The notes under the pieces are model-generated. The model had not been told where the DNA came from and ran no database searches. It saw nothing but the letters and a program-made list of their open reading frames with translations. A DNA stretch of 64,000 bases from a virus. Taxonomy: Duplodnaviria; Caudoviricetes. Location of the stretch: positions 64,001 through 128,000 of the IMG/VR virus record IMGVR_UViG_3300032307_000764; one strand, given 5' to 3'. Positions 47,535 to 57,276 of this stretch are shown in pieces. Position 1 is the first letter of the stretch; each line of letters begins with the position of its first letter. A program made the translations under genes and the position numbers.

Positions 47535-47918
47535 GTGCAAAAATTAAGTATAATACAAGAAGAATATAAAGATGATCCTTGGAAGGTGCTAGTCTGTTGT
47601 ATATTACTCAATCAGACTAGCAACCGACAAGTTAGACCTCTGATATCTCATTTCTTTAAAACATGGCCTAATCCGGCTTCTATTATTAGAGAAGATCTTA
47701 TTAATATAAGTACATTTATAAAGAGCACAGGATTTCAAAATATTAAGGCACACAGAATCAAGCAATTCTCCATATCATGGGAGATAGGAATAAGGGATCC
47801 TCATAAATTTCCTGGAATTGGAGAATATGGTAGGGAAGCATGGAGAATATTTGTAGATCAGGATCTAGATTTTACCCCTAAGGATAAGAAGCTAAAAATG
47901 TATTTAGATTCTATGTAG
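47535..47918 (+). CDS. MBD4-like HhH-GPD DNA glycosylase
   Basis: GTG start; DPWKVLVCCILLNQTS, HhH FPGIGEYGREAWRIF, DKKLKMY. Confidence 0.8.
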   Translation: MQKLSIIQEEYKDDPWKVLVCCILLNQTSNRQVRPLISHFFKTWPNPASIIREDLINISTFIKSTGFQNIKAHRIKQFSISWEIGIRDPHKFPGIGEYGREAWRIFVDQDLDFTPKDKKLKMYLDSM

Positions 47919-47926
47919 AATATATA
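47918..47926 (+). promoter_or_regulatory. Putative late promoter GAATATATA
   Basis: 4 nt upstream of ATG 47931. Confidence 0.55.
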
Positions 47927-47930
47927 CTAC

Positions 47931-48527
47931 ATGAATCATTTACTAAGGTTTGAAAATTACAAACCAATATACGAGAAAATCCAACCAATCACAGCTAATT
48001 GGTTTATAATTGACGGAGAAGGATCTTTTGAAAAAAAAGAACAATCCGGTTTTTTTGTATTTAATCGTGTTGGTACATTCTCTATAATCTATAATAAGAA
48101 AGCTTCTGATTCTGAAGAAGCAAGAATAGATTTTTACACATCGAAGGAAAATTCAAAGGATAAAAACACTATCTGTGAATGTAAGATTTTAACTAAGAGC
48201 GGAGAGGAAAGAACTGTTAGAAAGTTCACTGATATTACTCCAGATAATGTTTGGGATATCATCACTTCATTCTTCGATTATTGTGATCTGGAGAAATCAG
48301 AAAAAGAAGTAACTGATAGATTCCTATTAGGTTTTTCTAAAACATTAAAAGAGGTTTTAAAATTTGAGAGCAGTGATCAATTGCCTTCAGCATTTAAAAG
48401 TTTTTATAAGTTTATTTTGGAATGGTCTAAGAAATCTGATCCGAAGATAGAAATTAAAGCTACAAACAACAATTACGAGCTTTTAGATTTGATTAAAAGA
48501 TTTATGAGTAATTTCAAAAAATCTTAA
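47931..48527 (+). CDS. Hypothetical protein, putative internal head protein
   Basis: MNHLLRFENYKPIYE start. Confidence 0.55.
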   Translation: MNHLLRFENYKPIYEKIQPITANWFIIDGEGSFEKKEQSGFFVFNRVGTFSIIYNKKASDSEEARIDFYTSKENSKDKNTICECKILTKSGEERTVRKFTDITPDNVWDIITSFFDYCDLEKSEKEVTDRFLLGFSKTLKEVLKFESSDQLPSAFKSFYKFILEWSKKSDPKIEIKATNNNYELLDLIKRFMSNFKKS

Positions 48528-48829
48528 GCAGATTCTCTTTTCTTTAATTGGGATAAAAAATCCTTCCAGACAACTAAACCTTCTTTAATACCCGATTTAG
48601 GGAATTTATGAAATTCTGCCCTGTGTGACATTATGTAAGCAGCTATTATTGCATCTTTAAGTTCAATCTCCTTTTTATCCAGCATCTCTTGAAGTCTCCT
48701 TACTGATTTTAATGCCTCGTCACGGTTCGAGAATCTTAGTCCTCTTGGATACTTTGTATCCTTGGAGAAAGGCTTAACATCATTTAGGTAAACCTGCTCA
48801 AAAAGTTTGTATGTTAGAATTTTTTTCAC
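48524..48829 (-). CDS. Hypothetical basic protein, putative internal head protein
   Basis: Start re-assigned to GTG at 48829 (MKKILTYKLFEQV), 4 nt after a minus-strand GAATATATA. Confidence 0.55.
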   Translation of the reverse strand: MKKILTYKLFEQVYLNDVKPFSKDTKYPRGLRFSNRDEALKSVRRLQEMLDKKEIELKDAIIAAYIMSHRAEFHKFPKSGIKEGLVVWKDFLSQLKKRESA

Positions 48830-48833
48830 ATAG

Positions 48834-48842
48834 TATATATTC
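48834..48842 (-). promoter_or_regulatory. Putative late promoter GAATATATA (minus strand)
   Basis: Forward TATATATTC; oriented with the minus-strand gene. Confidence 0.55.
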
Positions 48843-48893
48843 TTTACCAAAATAAATCGAAACCTCTTAGGGGTATCAGTGTAAGATAGAAGT

Positions 48894-50300
48894 ATGATTA
48901 TTGATATAGAAAATTCAGGTACTTCTTTAGTTGTCTCCCATTATACAGAGGAAGGAGACGTAAATTTGTTAAAGTTACAAGTCCCTAAAGCGCTTCAGTT
49001 TGTTTGGCAGAAAACATCTGCTAGTGACCGTTCAAGAGATCCTGAGTGGATGTCTTGGGATGGATGCCCGGTTAAAAAATCTTCAACCTACAAGTTTGAT
49101 AAATATCGAATTGTAGAAATATTAGAAGCATTAGATCCGGAATTAACTAAGCCTCTTTGGGATTATCAAACACCTAAAAAATACTTTGTCGATATTGAGG
49201 TTGAAATAACTGACAACCGAGCGGATTCATTGGACACTGAAAATTCTAAAAATAGAATACTATCAATTGGTATGGCTTCATCCCAGGGTAAAATTCTTGT
49301 TATAGGATTAGAAGATATGAGTTCTGATAGAATTCTAAAAATAGAGAAAAGAATAAAGGATCACTTTGAGGGTCAAAAAGGTGAATGGACTTTTAATTAT
49401 AGAAAGTTTGAAAGCGAGTTTGATATGCTTTACACTTTCCTTTCTAAGCTCGTTCCTAAAATGCCTTTAATAACTGGATGGAACTGGTTTGGGTATGACT
49501 GGCCTTATATTATAAACAGAGCAAAGAGATTAGGAATAGATCCTAAAATTGCTTCACCAAGCGGAGTTCTTTTAGGAAAGAATCAAATTCCTATGCACGT
49601 ATTAATGGTGGATTACCTTGAGATTTATAAGAAGTGGGATAGAGTAGTAAAAATTAGAGAGTCTAACTCGTTAGATTATGTTGCTAATCAAGCCATAGGG
49701 ATTAAAAAGATCGCTTATAATGGAACATTAAAGGATTTATATGATTCAGACTTCGAAACGTTCATATTCTATAACGCAGTTGACTGTGCTCTTGTACATT
49801 ATATCGATAAAAGACTTGATACCCTTTCTACATTCTTTAAAATTGCAGAGGTAAGTAGGGTGGAGATTAACAGAGCATTATCTCCTGTTTGGACTACTGA
49901 AGTTCTTATGCTAAGAAAATTCTTGGAAAGAAAACAGGTAATCGTAAATGAAAGAAAAGAAGAGACACACGTTAAATTCGAAGGAGCTTATGTTAAGAAG
50001 CCAGAGAGAGGATTATATGAATGGATCGCTTGTTTCGACTTTGCTTCACTGTACCCTAACACGATGATGCAATGGGGAATTTCTCCAGAGGTTTATATTG
50101 GTAAGAATCTTAAGAATATACCTGAAGGAGCAATTAAAACTTCGTCGGGGGCAGTCTTTTATAGCAAGGAAGGAAGAGAACCTATCCTGAGAGAAATTCT
50201 AAAAGGACTTTATGCACAAAGAAAAGCAACAAAGAAGAAATATTTTGAATGCGAAAAAGAGATAGAAAAAATAAAAAAAGTAATTAAAGAAAAATCATAA
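48894..50300 (+). CDS. Family B DNA polymerase, N-terminal subunit of a split gene (gp43A-like)
   Basis: ExoI DIEVE, ExoII GWNWFGYDWPYI, ExoIII YNAVD, motif A DFASLYPN; ends in the fingers helix without KxxxNSxYG or YGDTDS. Confidence 0.88.
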   Translation: MIIDIENSGTSLVVSHYTEEGDVNLLKLQVPKALQFVWQKTSASDRSRDPEWMSWDGCPVKKSSTYKFDKYRIVEILEALDPELTKPLWDYQTPKKYFVDIEVEITDNRADSLDTENSKNRILSIGMASSQGKILVIGLEDMSSDRILKIEKRIKDHFEGQKGEWTFNYRKFESEFDMLYTFLSKLVPKMPLITGWNWFGYDWPYIINRAKRLGIDPKIASPSGVLLGKNQIPMHVLMVDYLEIYKKWDRVVKIRESNSLDYVANQAIGIKKIAYNGTLKDLYDSDFETFIFYNAVDCALVHYIDKRLDTLSTFFKIAEVSRVEINRALSPVWTTEVLMLRKFLERKQVIVNERKEETHVKFEGAYVKKPERGLYEWIACFDFASLYPNTMMQWGISPEVYIGKNLKNIPEGAIKTSSGAVFYSKEGREPILREILKGLYAQRKATKKKYFECEKEIEKIKKVIKEKS

Positions 50301-50303
50301 ATT

Positions 50304-50768
50304 ATGGCAAACACAGACAACAAATGCGCAGATCTTCCAGTAGAAGATTTCCACACAGGAGTAAATGATACTCTTGGCTTGATTTACAACAAGCAAACAG
50401 AATTACAAGCAAGATATGGATTTGATTTTAAAGATTGGACTTTGAAGCAGATCGCAGATTTCTGGATGGTTAATAAACATGCACTAAGTGATGAATTAAA
50501 CGAAATGTTTGATGCACTTGGAGGTGTCAACGACGGAATTGGATCTGCTGGTTGGAAATACTGGAAAGGAGACAATAAAAAAGCTGCAGAAATGAAGATC
50601 TCTGATCTTAGCGAAAACGATAGATTGGAACTATTTTATGAATGGATTGATGGATTACATTTCTTTATGAATTTTGGTATTTCTATGGGAATGACAAGTA
50701 AGGATATTGTTAATCTTTATATGGCAAAAAATGCTGAAAATCATGACAGACAGGAGAGAGGATATTAA
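50304..50768 (+). CDS. Dimeric all-alpha dUTPase/dCTPase (T4 gp56/MazG-like)
   Basis: DELNEMFDAL, WKYWK, EWIDGLHFFMN, YMAKNAENHDRQERGY. Confidence 0.82.
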   Translation: MANTDNKCADLPVEDFHTGVNDTLGLIYNKQTELQARYGFDFKDWTLKQIADFWMVNKHALSDELNEMFDALGGVNDGIGSAGWKYWKGDNKKAAEMKISDLSENDRLELFYEWIDGLHFFMNFGISMGMTSKDIVNLYMAKNAENHDRQERGY

Positions 50769-50820
50769 TATATAAATGACCCCTTTATCAATAAGAAATA
50801 ATAAAATATAAAAAATTAAA

Positions 50821-51801
50821 ATGGAAAAGTTACTTACCCCCAATCCGAGAAGATTTTCACTATTCCCTGTACAACAGCATGATATGTGGACGATGTATAA
50901 AACTGCAGAGGCTTCTTTCTGGACTGCGGAGGAAATAGATTTAGCTCAAGATATTACTCATTGGAGAGATAAATTAAATGACAATGAGAGATATTTTATT
51001 AAGCATGTAATTGCTTTCTTTAACAATTCTGATGGTATTGTTAATGAGAATCTTGCTGCTAACTTTTTTAACCAAGTACAATATCCGGAGGCAAGATGCT
51101 TTTATGGATTTCAATTAGCAATTGAAAACATACACGGAGAGACTTATTCATTATTAATTGATAGCTATATAAGAGACGAGGAAGAGAAGGAGCATTTGTT
51201 TAATGCCATTGATACCGTTCCTTCAGTTAAAAGAAAAGCTGATTGGGCTTTGAAATGGATAGAAAATGGATCTTTCGTAGAAACGTTAATTGCATTTGCT
51301 GCTGTTGAAGGTATATTCTTTTCCGGATCATTCTGTTCTATATTCTGGCTTAAGAAGAGAGGTCTAATGCCTGGACTTTGTTTTGCTAACGAATTAATCT
51401 CAAGAGATGAGGGATTACATTGCGATTTTGCTTGTTTACTTTACTCTAAACACATCGAAAATAAATTGTCAGAAGAAACAGTGAAGCAGATCATTATGGA
51501 AGCTGTAGAGATAGAAAAGGAGTTTGTAACTTCATCCTTACCAGTTAGACTTATTGGAATGAATTCAGATCTTATGTGCGAGTACATCGAATTCGTAGCT
51601 GACAGACTTTTAATATCATTAGGATGTTCTAAAGTATTTAATACTAAGTGTCCTTTCGATTTTATGGTAAATATTGCATTGGAGAATAAAGGGAATTTCT
51701 TCGAAGGAAGAGTAGGTTCCTACCAAAAATCAGGAGTAATGGACAGCACTAAAGAAAATGGAAATAGCGGAAAAACTTTTTCGTTAGATGCTGATTTTTA
51801 A
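50821..51801 (+). CDS. nrdB: Ribonucleotide reductase class Ia beta subunit
   Basis: [44 protein letters not shown]. Confidence 0.97.
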   Translation: MEKLLTPNPRRFSLFPVQQHDMWTMYKTAEASFWTAEEIDLAQDITHWRDKLNDNERYFIKHVIAFFNNSDGIVNENLAANFFNQVQYPEARCFYGFQLAIENIHGETYSLLIDSYIRDEEEKEHLFNAIDTVPSVKRKADWALKWIENGSFVETLIAFAAVEGIFFSGSFCSIFWLKKRGLMPGLCFANELISRDEGLHCDFACLLYSKHIENKLSEETVKQIIMEAVEIEKEFVTSSLPVRLIGMNSDLMCEYIEFVADRLLISLGCSKVFNTKCPFDFMVNIALENKGNFFEGRVGSYQKSGVMDSTKENGNSGKTFSLDADF

Positions 51802-51823
51802 CCCTGGTTAGAATATTCTCGTC

Positions 51824-51831
51824 GATATATA
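51824..51831 (+). promoter_or_regulatory. Putative late promoter GATATATA in the nrdB-nrdA gap
   Basis: Exact motif, but 178 nt from the nrdA ATG. Confidence 0.4.
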
Positions 51832-51857
51832 AAATTAAATAAGTTCACTGGTTTATG

Positions 51858-51926
51858 AGAGATATCGCTAACATTAGAAATAGAATTTTTATACATTCCT
51901 CCTTAAAATTTATTTCTGATATCTCT
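51858..51926. other. Long imperfect hairpin in the nrdB-nrdA intergenic region
   Basis: AGAGATATC/GATATCTCT outer stem; AGAAATAGAATTTTTA/TAAAATTTATTTCT inner stem. Confidence 0.45.
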
Positions 51927-52009
51927 AAACTAAACAATTAATTTTTTTTGGAAACAAAGAAACTGTTGGATAAAAAGTCCCTAAAAGAAAAAGTAAAATA
52001 AAAAATAAA

Positions 52010-54379
52010 ATGGAAGTAATAAAAAGAGATGGCTCGAGAGAAAGAGTTAAACTAGACAAAATTTTAAACAGAGTTAAGAAACAATGTTATGGTTTAAATA
52101 TGGATTATATTGAACCAATGGAAATCGCTAAGAAGGTTATTCATGGTTTATATGACGGAATTTCATCAGTAGAGCTTGATGTTTTAGCAGCAGAAACAGC
52201 AGCTGCTTTAACTCCGACCCATCCTGACTATTCAATATTAGCAGCTAGAATTAGTGTTACTTCCTTACATAAAAGAACTCCAAAAAGCTTCTCTTCTGTA
52301 ATTGAACAATTATACAATTATGTAGATCCTAAGACAGGTTTAAAAGCCCCAATGATTGCTGATGATGTATACAAAATCATATCTGAAAATTCTAAGGATA
52401 TAGATTCTCAAATCATTACTGATAGAGATTTAGACTATGATTATTTTGGTTATAAGACTTTAGAAAAATCATACCTTTTAAAAATCGATGGGCAACCTGC
52501 TGAGAGACCTCAGCAAATGTTAATGAGAGTTGCTATTGGAATTCATAAAGAAGATTTAGCTTCTGCTTATAAAACATACGATTTAATGAGCCAGGGTTAT
52601 TTCACTCATGCTACACCTACTTTATTTAATTCTGGAACTAGAAGACCTCAGTTATCTTCTTGTTTCTTAGTCTCTATGGATGATGATTCAATCCAAGGAA
52701 TCTATAAAACATTATCAGACGTAGCACAAATCTCTAAAAATGCAGGAGGTATCGGTTTACATATTCACAACGTAAGAGGTACCGGAGCTTACATTAAAGG
52801 AACAAACGGAACCTCAAACGGTATCATCCCGATGTTAAAAGTATTTAATGAAACTGCTAGATACGTTGATCAAGGTGGTGGTAGAAGAAAAGGATCGTTT
52901 GCTATTTACTTGGAGCCTTGGCATTGTGATGTTGAGGACTTTTTAAATCTTAGAAAGAACCACGGTAAAGAGGAAATGAGAGCTAGAGATCTTTTCTTAG
53001 CTTTATGGACGCCGGATTTATTCATGGAGAGAGTTAAGACTGACGGAGAATGGACTTTATTCTCTCCTGACGAAGCACCAGGATTAGATGATGTATATGG
53101 TGATGACTTTGTTAAGCTTTATACAAAATATGAAGCGGAAGGAAGAGGAAGAAAAACAATTAAAGCACAAGAGCTTTGGTACAAAATTATAGAAGCACAA
53201 ATTGAAACTGGAACACCTTATATGCTTTATAAGGATGCAGCTAACTTAAAATCAAATCAAAAAAATCTAGGAACTATTAAATCTTCTAATCTTTGTACAG
53301 AGATTATGGAGTATTCGGATTCTAAAGAAACTGCAGTTTGTAATTTAGCTTCTATCGCATTACCTAAATTCATCATACCTGGTAAGAAACCTAAATATGA
53401 TTTTAATGCTCTTAAAGATATAGCTTATACAGCAACTATTAATCTAAACAGGGTAATTGATGTTAACTATTATCCTACTAAAGAAACTAAAGCTTCTAAT
53501 ATGAAGCACAGACCGATTGGTATTGGAGTTCAAGGTTTAGCAGATACATTTGCTATCCTAAAAATACCTTTTGAATCTGATGAAGCAAAAATGCTAGATA
53601 GAGATATTTTTGAAGCAATCTATTACGGAGCTATGTGTGCTTCTGTTGATCTTGCAGAAAAAGAAGGTGCATATCAAACATTTAAAGGATCTCCGTTATC
53701 TAAAGGCCTATTCCAATTCGATCTATGGAACGAATCACCTAGTACAAGATGGGACTGGGAGGAGCTAAGAGAAAGAGTTAAAACATTCGGAGCTAGAAAC
53801 TCTTTATTGCTTGCTCCTATGCCTACTGCATCTACAAGTCAGATTTTAGGAAACAACGAATGTTTTGAGCCTTTTACTTCGAACATTTATATTAGAAAAA
53901 CATTATCTGGAGAATTTCCAGTAGTTAATAAACATTTAGTTAAAGATCTAGTTAAAATAGGATTATGGAACGAGGGTCTTAGAGATAAGATCATAATCAA
54001 TAACGGATCTGTTCAGGATATCGTAGAAATTCCTGAAGATCTTAAAACTATCTACAAAACTGCTTGGGAAATGAGTCAGAAGATTATTATTGATCATGCT
54101 GCAACCAGAGCTCCTTTCATATGTCAAAGTCAGAGTATGAATTTATTTGTACAAGATGCTAACTTTGCTAAACTCTCGTCAGCTCATTTTTATGGATGGG
54201 ATAAAGGATTAAAGACTGGAAGTTATTATATAAGAACTAAAGCTGCTACTACAGCTATTAAAGGTCTTGGTATAGACACTACCAAGTCACAAGAAATAAC
54301 AAAGACTGAGGATGAAAACTACAGCGATTTGCTTTGTAGTATTGACAACCCAGACGATTGTATCGCTTGTGGATCATAA
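52010..54379 (+). CDS. nrdA: Ribonucleotide reductase class Ia alpha subunit with ATP-cone
   Basis: VIKRDG ATP-cone, [37 protein letters not shown]-terminal CIACGS. Confidence 0.97.
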   Translation: MEVIKRDGSRERVKLDKILNRVKKQCYGLNMDYIEPMEIAKKVIHGLYDGISSVELDVLAAETAAALTPTHPDYSILAARISVTSLHKRTPKSFSSVIEQLYNYVDPKTGLKAPMIADDVYKIISENSKDIDSQIITDRDLDYDYFGYKTLEKSYLLKIDGQPAERPQQMLMRVAIGIHKEDLASAYKTYDLMSQGYFTHATPTLFNSGTRRPQLSSCFLVSMDDDSIQGIYKTLSDVAQISKNAGGIGLHIHNVRGTGAYIKGTNGTSNGIIPMLKVFNETARYVDQGGGRRKGSFAIYLEPWHCDVEDFLNLRKNHGKEEMRARDLFLALWTPDLFMERVKTDGEWTLFSPDEAPGLDDVYGDDFVKLYTKYEAEGRGRKTIKAQELWYKIIEAQIETGTPYMLYKDAANLKSNQKNLGTIKSSNLCTEIMEYSDSKETAVCNLASIALPKFIIPGKKPKYDFNALKDIAYTATINLNRVIDVNYYPTKETKASNMKHRPIGIGVQGLADTFAILKIPFESDEAKMLDRDIFEAIYYGAMCASVDLAEKEGAYQTFKGSPLSKGLFQFDLWNESPSTRWDWEELRERVKTFGARNSLLLAPMPTASTSQILGNNECFEPFTSNIYIRKTLSGEFPVVNKHLVKDLVKIGLWNEGLRDKIIINNGSVQDIVEIPEDLKTIYKTAWEMSQKIIIDHAATRAPFICQSQSMNLFVQDANFAKLSSAHFYGWDKGLKTGSYYIRTKAATTAIKGLGIDTTKSQEITKTEDENYSDLLCSIDNPDDCIACGS

Positions 54380-54392
54380 ATAATAACCCATA

Positions 54393-54986
54393 ATGAAAAT
54401 CAAAAATTTTAAAGAGTTTGGCTCCCTTGGCACTCCTTGTGTAATTTTTGTAGGACCTCCTGGATGTGGAAAAGGAACACAGGCGGAAATAGTTTGTAAA
54501 AAAACCGGTATGAAGCACGTTTCTACCGGTGATATCCTTAGACAATCTGAAGATGATGAAGTTAAGGAGATGATGAAAACTGGAAAGCTATTACCGGATG
54601 ATCTAGTATCGAAGGAGCTTGAAAAGTTTATTAGGAAAAATAAAAAATCTAAGGGATTTGTTTTTGATGGATATCCTAGAAACCTTAAACAAAAAACTTT
54701 ATTGGACAAAATAATGTCTAATAATAATTTGGAGACCGTTAATATTTTCTTTTTAAATGTTCCAGAAGAAACATTGAAGGAGAGAATTAAAGAGAGAGGA
54801 AAAACATCAGGAAGAGCTGATGACAAAGATCCTGAGGTATTTAAGGTTAGGATGGAAGAATATAAAGATCAAACGCTTCCTATGATTAAATCTATGAAAA
54901 AACTTAATACCTTCTTAGAGATATCTGGGGAGAAAGATCTTGATGAAATCACTGAGATTATATTTGATAATCTGGGTGAAATTTAA
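54393..54986 (+). CDS. adk: Adenylate kinase (short-LID type)
   Basis: GPPGCGKGTQ, HVSTGDILR, GKLLPD, FDGYPR, GRADD. Confidence 0.93.
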   Translation: MKIKNFKEFGSLGTPCVIFVGPPGCGKGTQAEIVCKKTGMKHVSTGDILRQSEDDEVKEMMKTGKLLPDDLVSKELEKFIRKNKKSKGFVFDGYPRNLKQKTLLDKIMSNNNLETVNIFFLNVPEETLKERIKERGKTSGRADDKDPEVFKVRMEEYKDQTLPMIKSMKKLNTFLEISGEKDLDEITEIIFDNLGEI

Positions 54987-55024
54987 TCCAATTTTTTATC
55001 TATAAATGTTAAATTGAAAATAAC

Positions 55025-56254
55025 ATGTCAAAATCAGTAAGCAAAAAAAAGGATACTAAGCAACCTTCTATATGTTTAGTTATGATCGTTAAAAACGAAT
55101 CTAAAGTAATCAGAAGATGTATCGATTCAGTTAAAGACTATATTAATCATTGGGTAATATGTGATACTGGTTCTACTGACGGAACACAGGATCTCATTAA
55201 AGAGATAATGAACGAATATAATATCCCAGGTGAATTACACGAAAGACCTTGGGTAGATTTTGGTTATAACAGAACTGAGAGTTTAAATTATTCCGAAGGA
55301 AAATCTGATTATAGACTAATCATAGATGCCGACGATGTTTTAGTAGTCGAAGGGGAAAATCCTTTTATGAATTTAACTGAGGATGCTTATAAGATTAAGA
55401 TCAGATTAAATTCTTTAGCTTATTATAGAACTCAGTTAGTTAAGAGCGATCAGAAATGGAAATATGTAGGGGTATTGCATGAATATATCTCAGGTCCTAC
55501 AGATATCAAGGTATCTGAAGAATTTTTAGAGGGAGTTGAAATGCACGCTGCAGTTTCTGGACATAACAGAGACATCAAAGGAAAGGATAAGTATTATAAC
55601 GATGCTTTAATTTTCGAAAAAGCTATTCTTACTACACCGAAAGAAGAACTTCCTATAGATCTTGAAAGAAGATATGTTTTCTATATGGCACAAAGCTATA
55701 GAGATGCAGGAATGAATGAAAGATCCATTGAAGCTTACCAAAGAAGAGTAGATCTGGGTGGATGGGCAGAAGAGGTATACATCTCAAAATATTGGATTGC
55801 TAGGCAAAAACAAATCTTAGATAAATCTGATGAAGAGATTATTGATGCTTACCTAAAAGCATGGGAATATAGACCTAACCGTTTAGAAGCTCTTTATCAT
55901 CTAATTAAATTCTTAGGATCTAGAAAAAGATATGCTTTAGCTTTTGCTTTATCATCAGTTGGTATGAAAACTGGACCTTGTTCAGATATTCTTTTTGTCG
56001 AGGATGATATCTGGAAATGGAGAATGCCAGATGAGTATTCTGTACTAGCTTACTATAACGGAAATGCAGAAGAAGCTTATAAAACAACTAATATTATTAT
56101 AAATTCTAGCTTATTTGCTAATATTAATAAAGCAGATCAGGAAAGAATTATGAAAAATATGGATTTTTATAGTAAAGCTTTAGAGCCTAAAGAAGAAACA
56201 CAAACCGAAGTTGTAGAAGAATCTGTTAAAAATGAGGAATTGAAAGAATCTTGA
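55025..56254 (+). CDS. Glycosyltransferase family 2 with TPR-like C-terminus
   Basis: CLVMIVKNES, DTGSTDGT, DFGYNRT, IIDADD, GVLHEY; TPR helices RYVFYMAQSYRDAG, RPNRLEALYHL. Confidence 0.88.
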   Translation: MSKSVSKKKDTKQPSICLVMIVKNESKVIRRCIDSVKDYINHWVICDTGSTDGTQDLIKEIMNEYNIPGELHERPWVDFGYNRTESLNYSEGKSDYRLIIDADDVLVVEGENPFMNLTEDAYKIKIRLNSLAYYRTQLVKSDQKWKYVGVLHEYISGPTDIKVSEEFLEGVEMHAAVSGHNRDIKGKDKYYNDALIFEKAILTTPKEELPIDLERRYVFYMAQSYRDAGMNERSIEAYQRRVDLGGWAEEVYISKYWIARQKQILDKSDEEIIDAYLKAWEYRPNRLEALYHLIKFLGSRKRYALAFALSSVGMKTGPCSDILFVEDDIWKWRMPDEYSVLAYYNGNAEEAYKTTNIIINSSLFANINKADQERIMKNMDFYSKALEPKEETQTEVVEESVKNEELKES

Positions 56255-56262
56255 GATATATA
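56255..56262 (+). promoter_or_regulatory. Putative late promoter GATATATA
   Basis: 16 nt upstream of ATG 56279. Confidence 0.55.
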
Positions 56263-56278
56263 AGTAAAAATTATATCA

Positions 56279-56761
56279 ATGCAGATTTTAAGATTTTCCG
56301 ACTTCATTAACGAACAGTCTGTTTATAATGTAGGTGTTCCTGTTTACATGGGAACTGCAATCAATCCAGAGAAAACTATCAAAAGAAATAAGCTTTTACC
56401 TGAGTTACAGGATTATTTAGCTCAAGTTATGGCTGGAACTCTTTCAGAAATTACTTTAGTTGCTGAAATTCCAACACAGGGTAAAAATGCTCCTCAGTAT
56501 CTTAAGGATATTTATTCTGAAATGGGTTACGATCCTTCTAAAGAGGAGGACGTTTACGATGAAGAGAATGATACTTTCTTAGGTAATAGAGATAGAACTG
56601 GTGACGAGCCTTCTAGAAACATATTCGTAGATTCTGAGTTCATTGTTAAGGACGTAGATTTAACTAAGAACGTAATTTTAGGAACTCCTTATTCTTTAAA
56701 AAGAAAAGGAATTGTTATCGAGATCGACCCAGCAATGGTAGATGAGGTTTTCATTAAGTAA
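56279..56761 (+). CDS. Hypothetical protein, putative internal head protein
   Basis: MQILRFSDFINE start. Confidence 0.55.
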   Translation: MQILRFSDFINEQSVYNVGVPVYMGTAINPEKTIKRNKLLPELQDYLAQVMAGTLSEITLVAEIPTQGKNAPQYLKDIYSEMGYDPSKEEDVYDEENDTFLGNRDRTGDEPSRNIFVDSEFIVKDVDLTKNVILGTPYSLKRKGIVIEIDPAMVDEVFIK

Positions 56762-57135
56762 TGGATTTTAAACAGCAGGAAGATTCTGAAGATTTCTATT
56801 TAGCTAAAATAGGTGATCACACATTCGTTTTGGAAGAATGTAAAGATTTTCCGAAAGGACTTTCACATAGAGAGCATCTCCTTGAAAACGAGGGGATGCT
56901 TTTTAATTTTAGTGATCCTGGGGATAGAACTTTCCATATGAGGGATTGCTTAATACCATTAGATATTCTTTTTATTAAAGATGGTAAGATTAACAAAATA
57001 TATCACGAATGTCAACCTTGTGAAATTGACGAATGTGACAAATATGTAGGTGAAGCAGATTCAGTAGTTGAACTACTAGGAGGTACTTGCAAGAAAAATA
57101 ATATTAGCGAAGGCCTAATATACCGACATTTTTAA
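56761..57135 (+). CDS. DUF192 family protein
   Basis: KGLSHREHLLENEGMLF, FHMRDCLIPLDILFI, VVELLGG. Confidence 0.85.
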   Translation: MDFKQQEDSEDFYLAKIGDHTFVLEECKDFPKGLSHREHLLENEGMLFNFSDPGDRTFHMRDCLIPLDILFIKDGKINKIYHECQPCEIDECDKYVGEADSVVELLGGTCKKNNISEGLIYRHF

Positions 57136-57276
57136 GAAACTTTTCCACAGTTTATCTCTTAAATTTTTATGATAAAAGAATAAATGCTAGATCCCCAGAT
57201 CATAGCTATTGATTAGATATCTTTACGTGGGATTTAATATTTACAATTTAGAATTTAAAAAAATCATTAGAGTAAA

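Noticed and set aside
50777-50812. Tiny ORF MTPLSIRNNKI upstream of nrdB
   Set aside because: 11 codons in an A-rich leader, with no supporting evidence.
51802-52009. NrdR box controlling nrdAB
   Set aside because: The ATATAT-containing site lacks the acaC...Gtg flanks and tandem arrangement of NrdR boxes, and fits the window-wide late motif better.
48894-54379. Inteins or group I introns in polB, nrdB or nrdA
   Set aside because: nrdA and nrdB have normal lengths with continuous motifs; there are no LAGLIDADG/HNH or C...HN intein signatures; the polB break is not followed by intron-like sequence.
57136-57276. Possible small ORF (MLDPQIIAID) or structured RNA upstream of the topo gene
   Set aside because: Only 10 codons, and the pairings are short and imperfect as expected by chance in AT-rich DNA.
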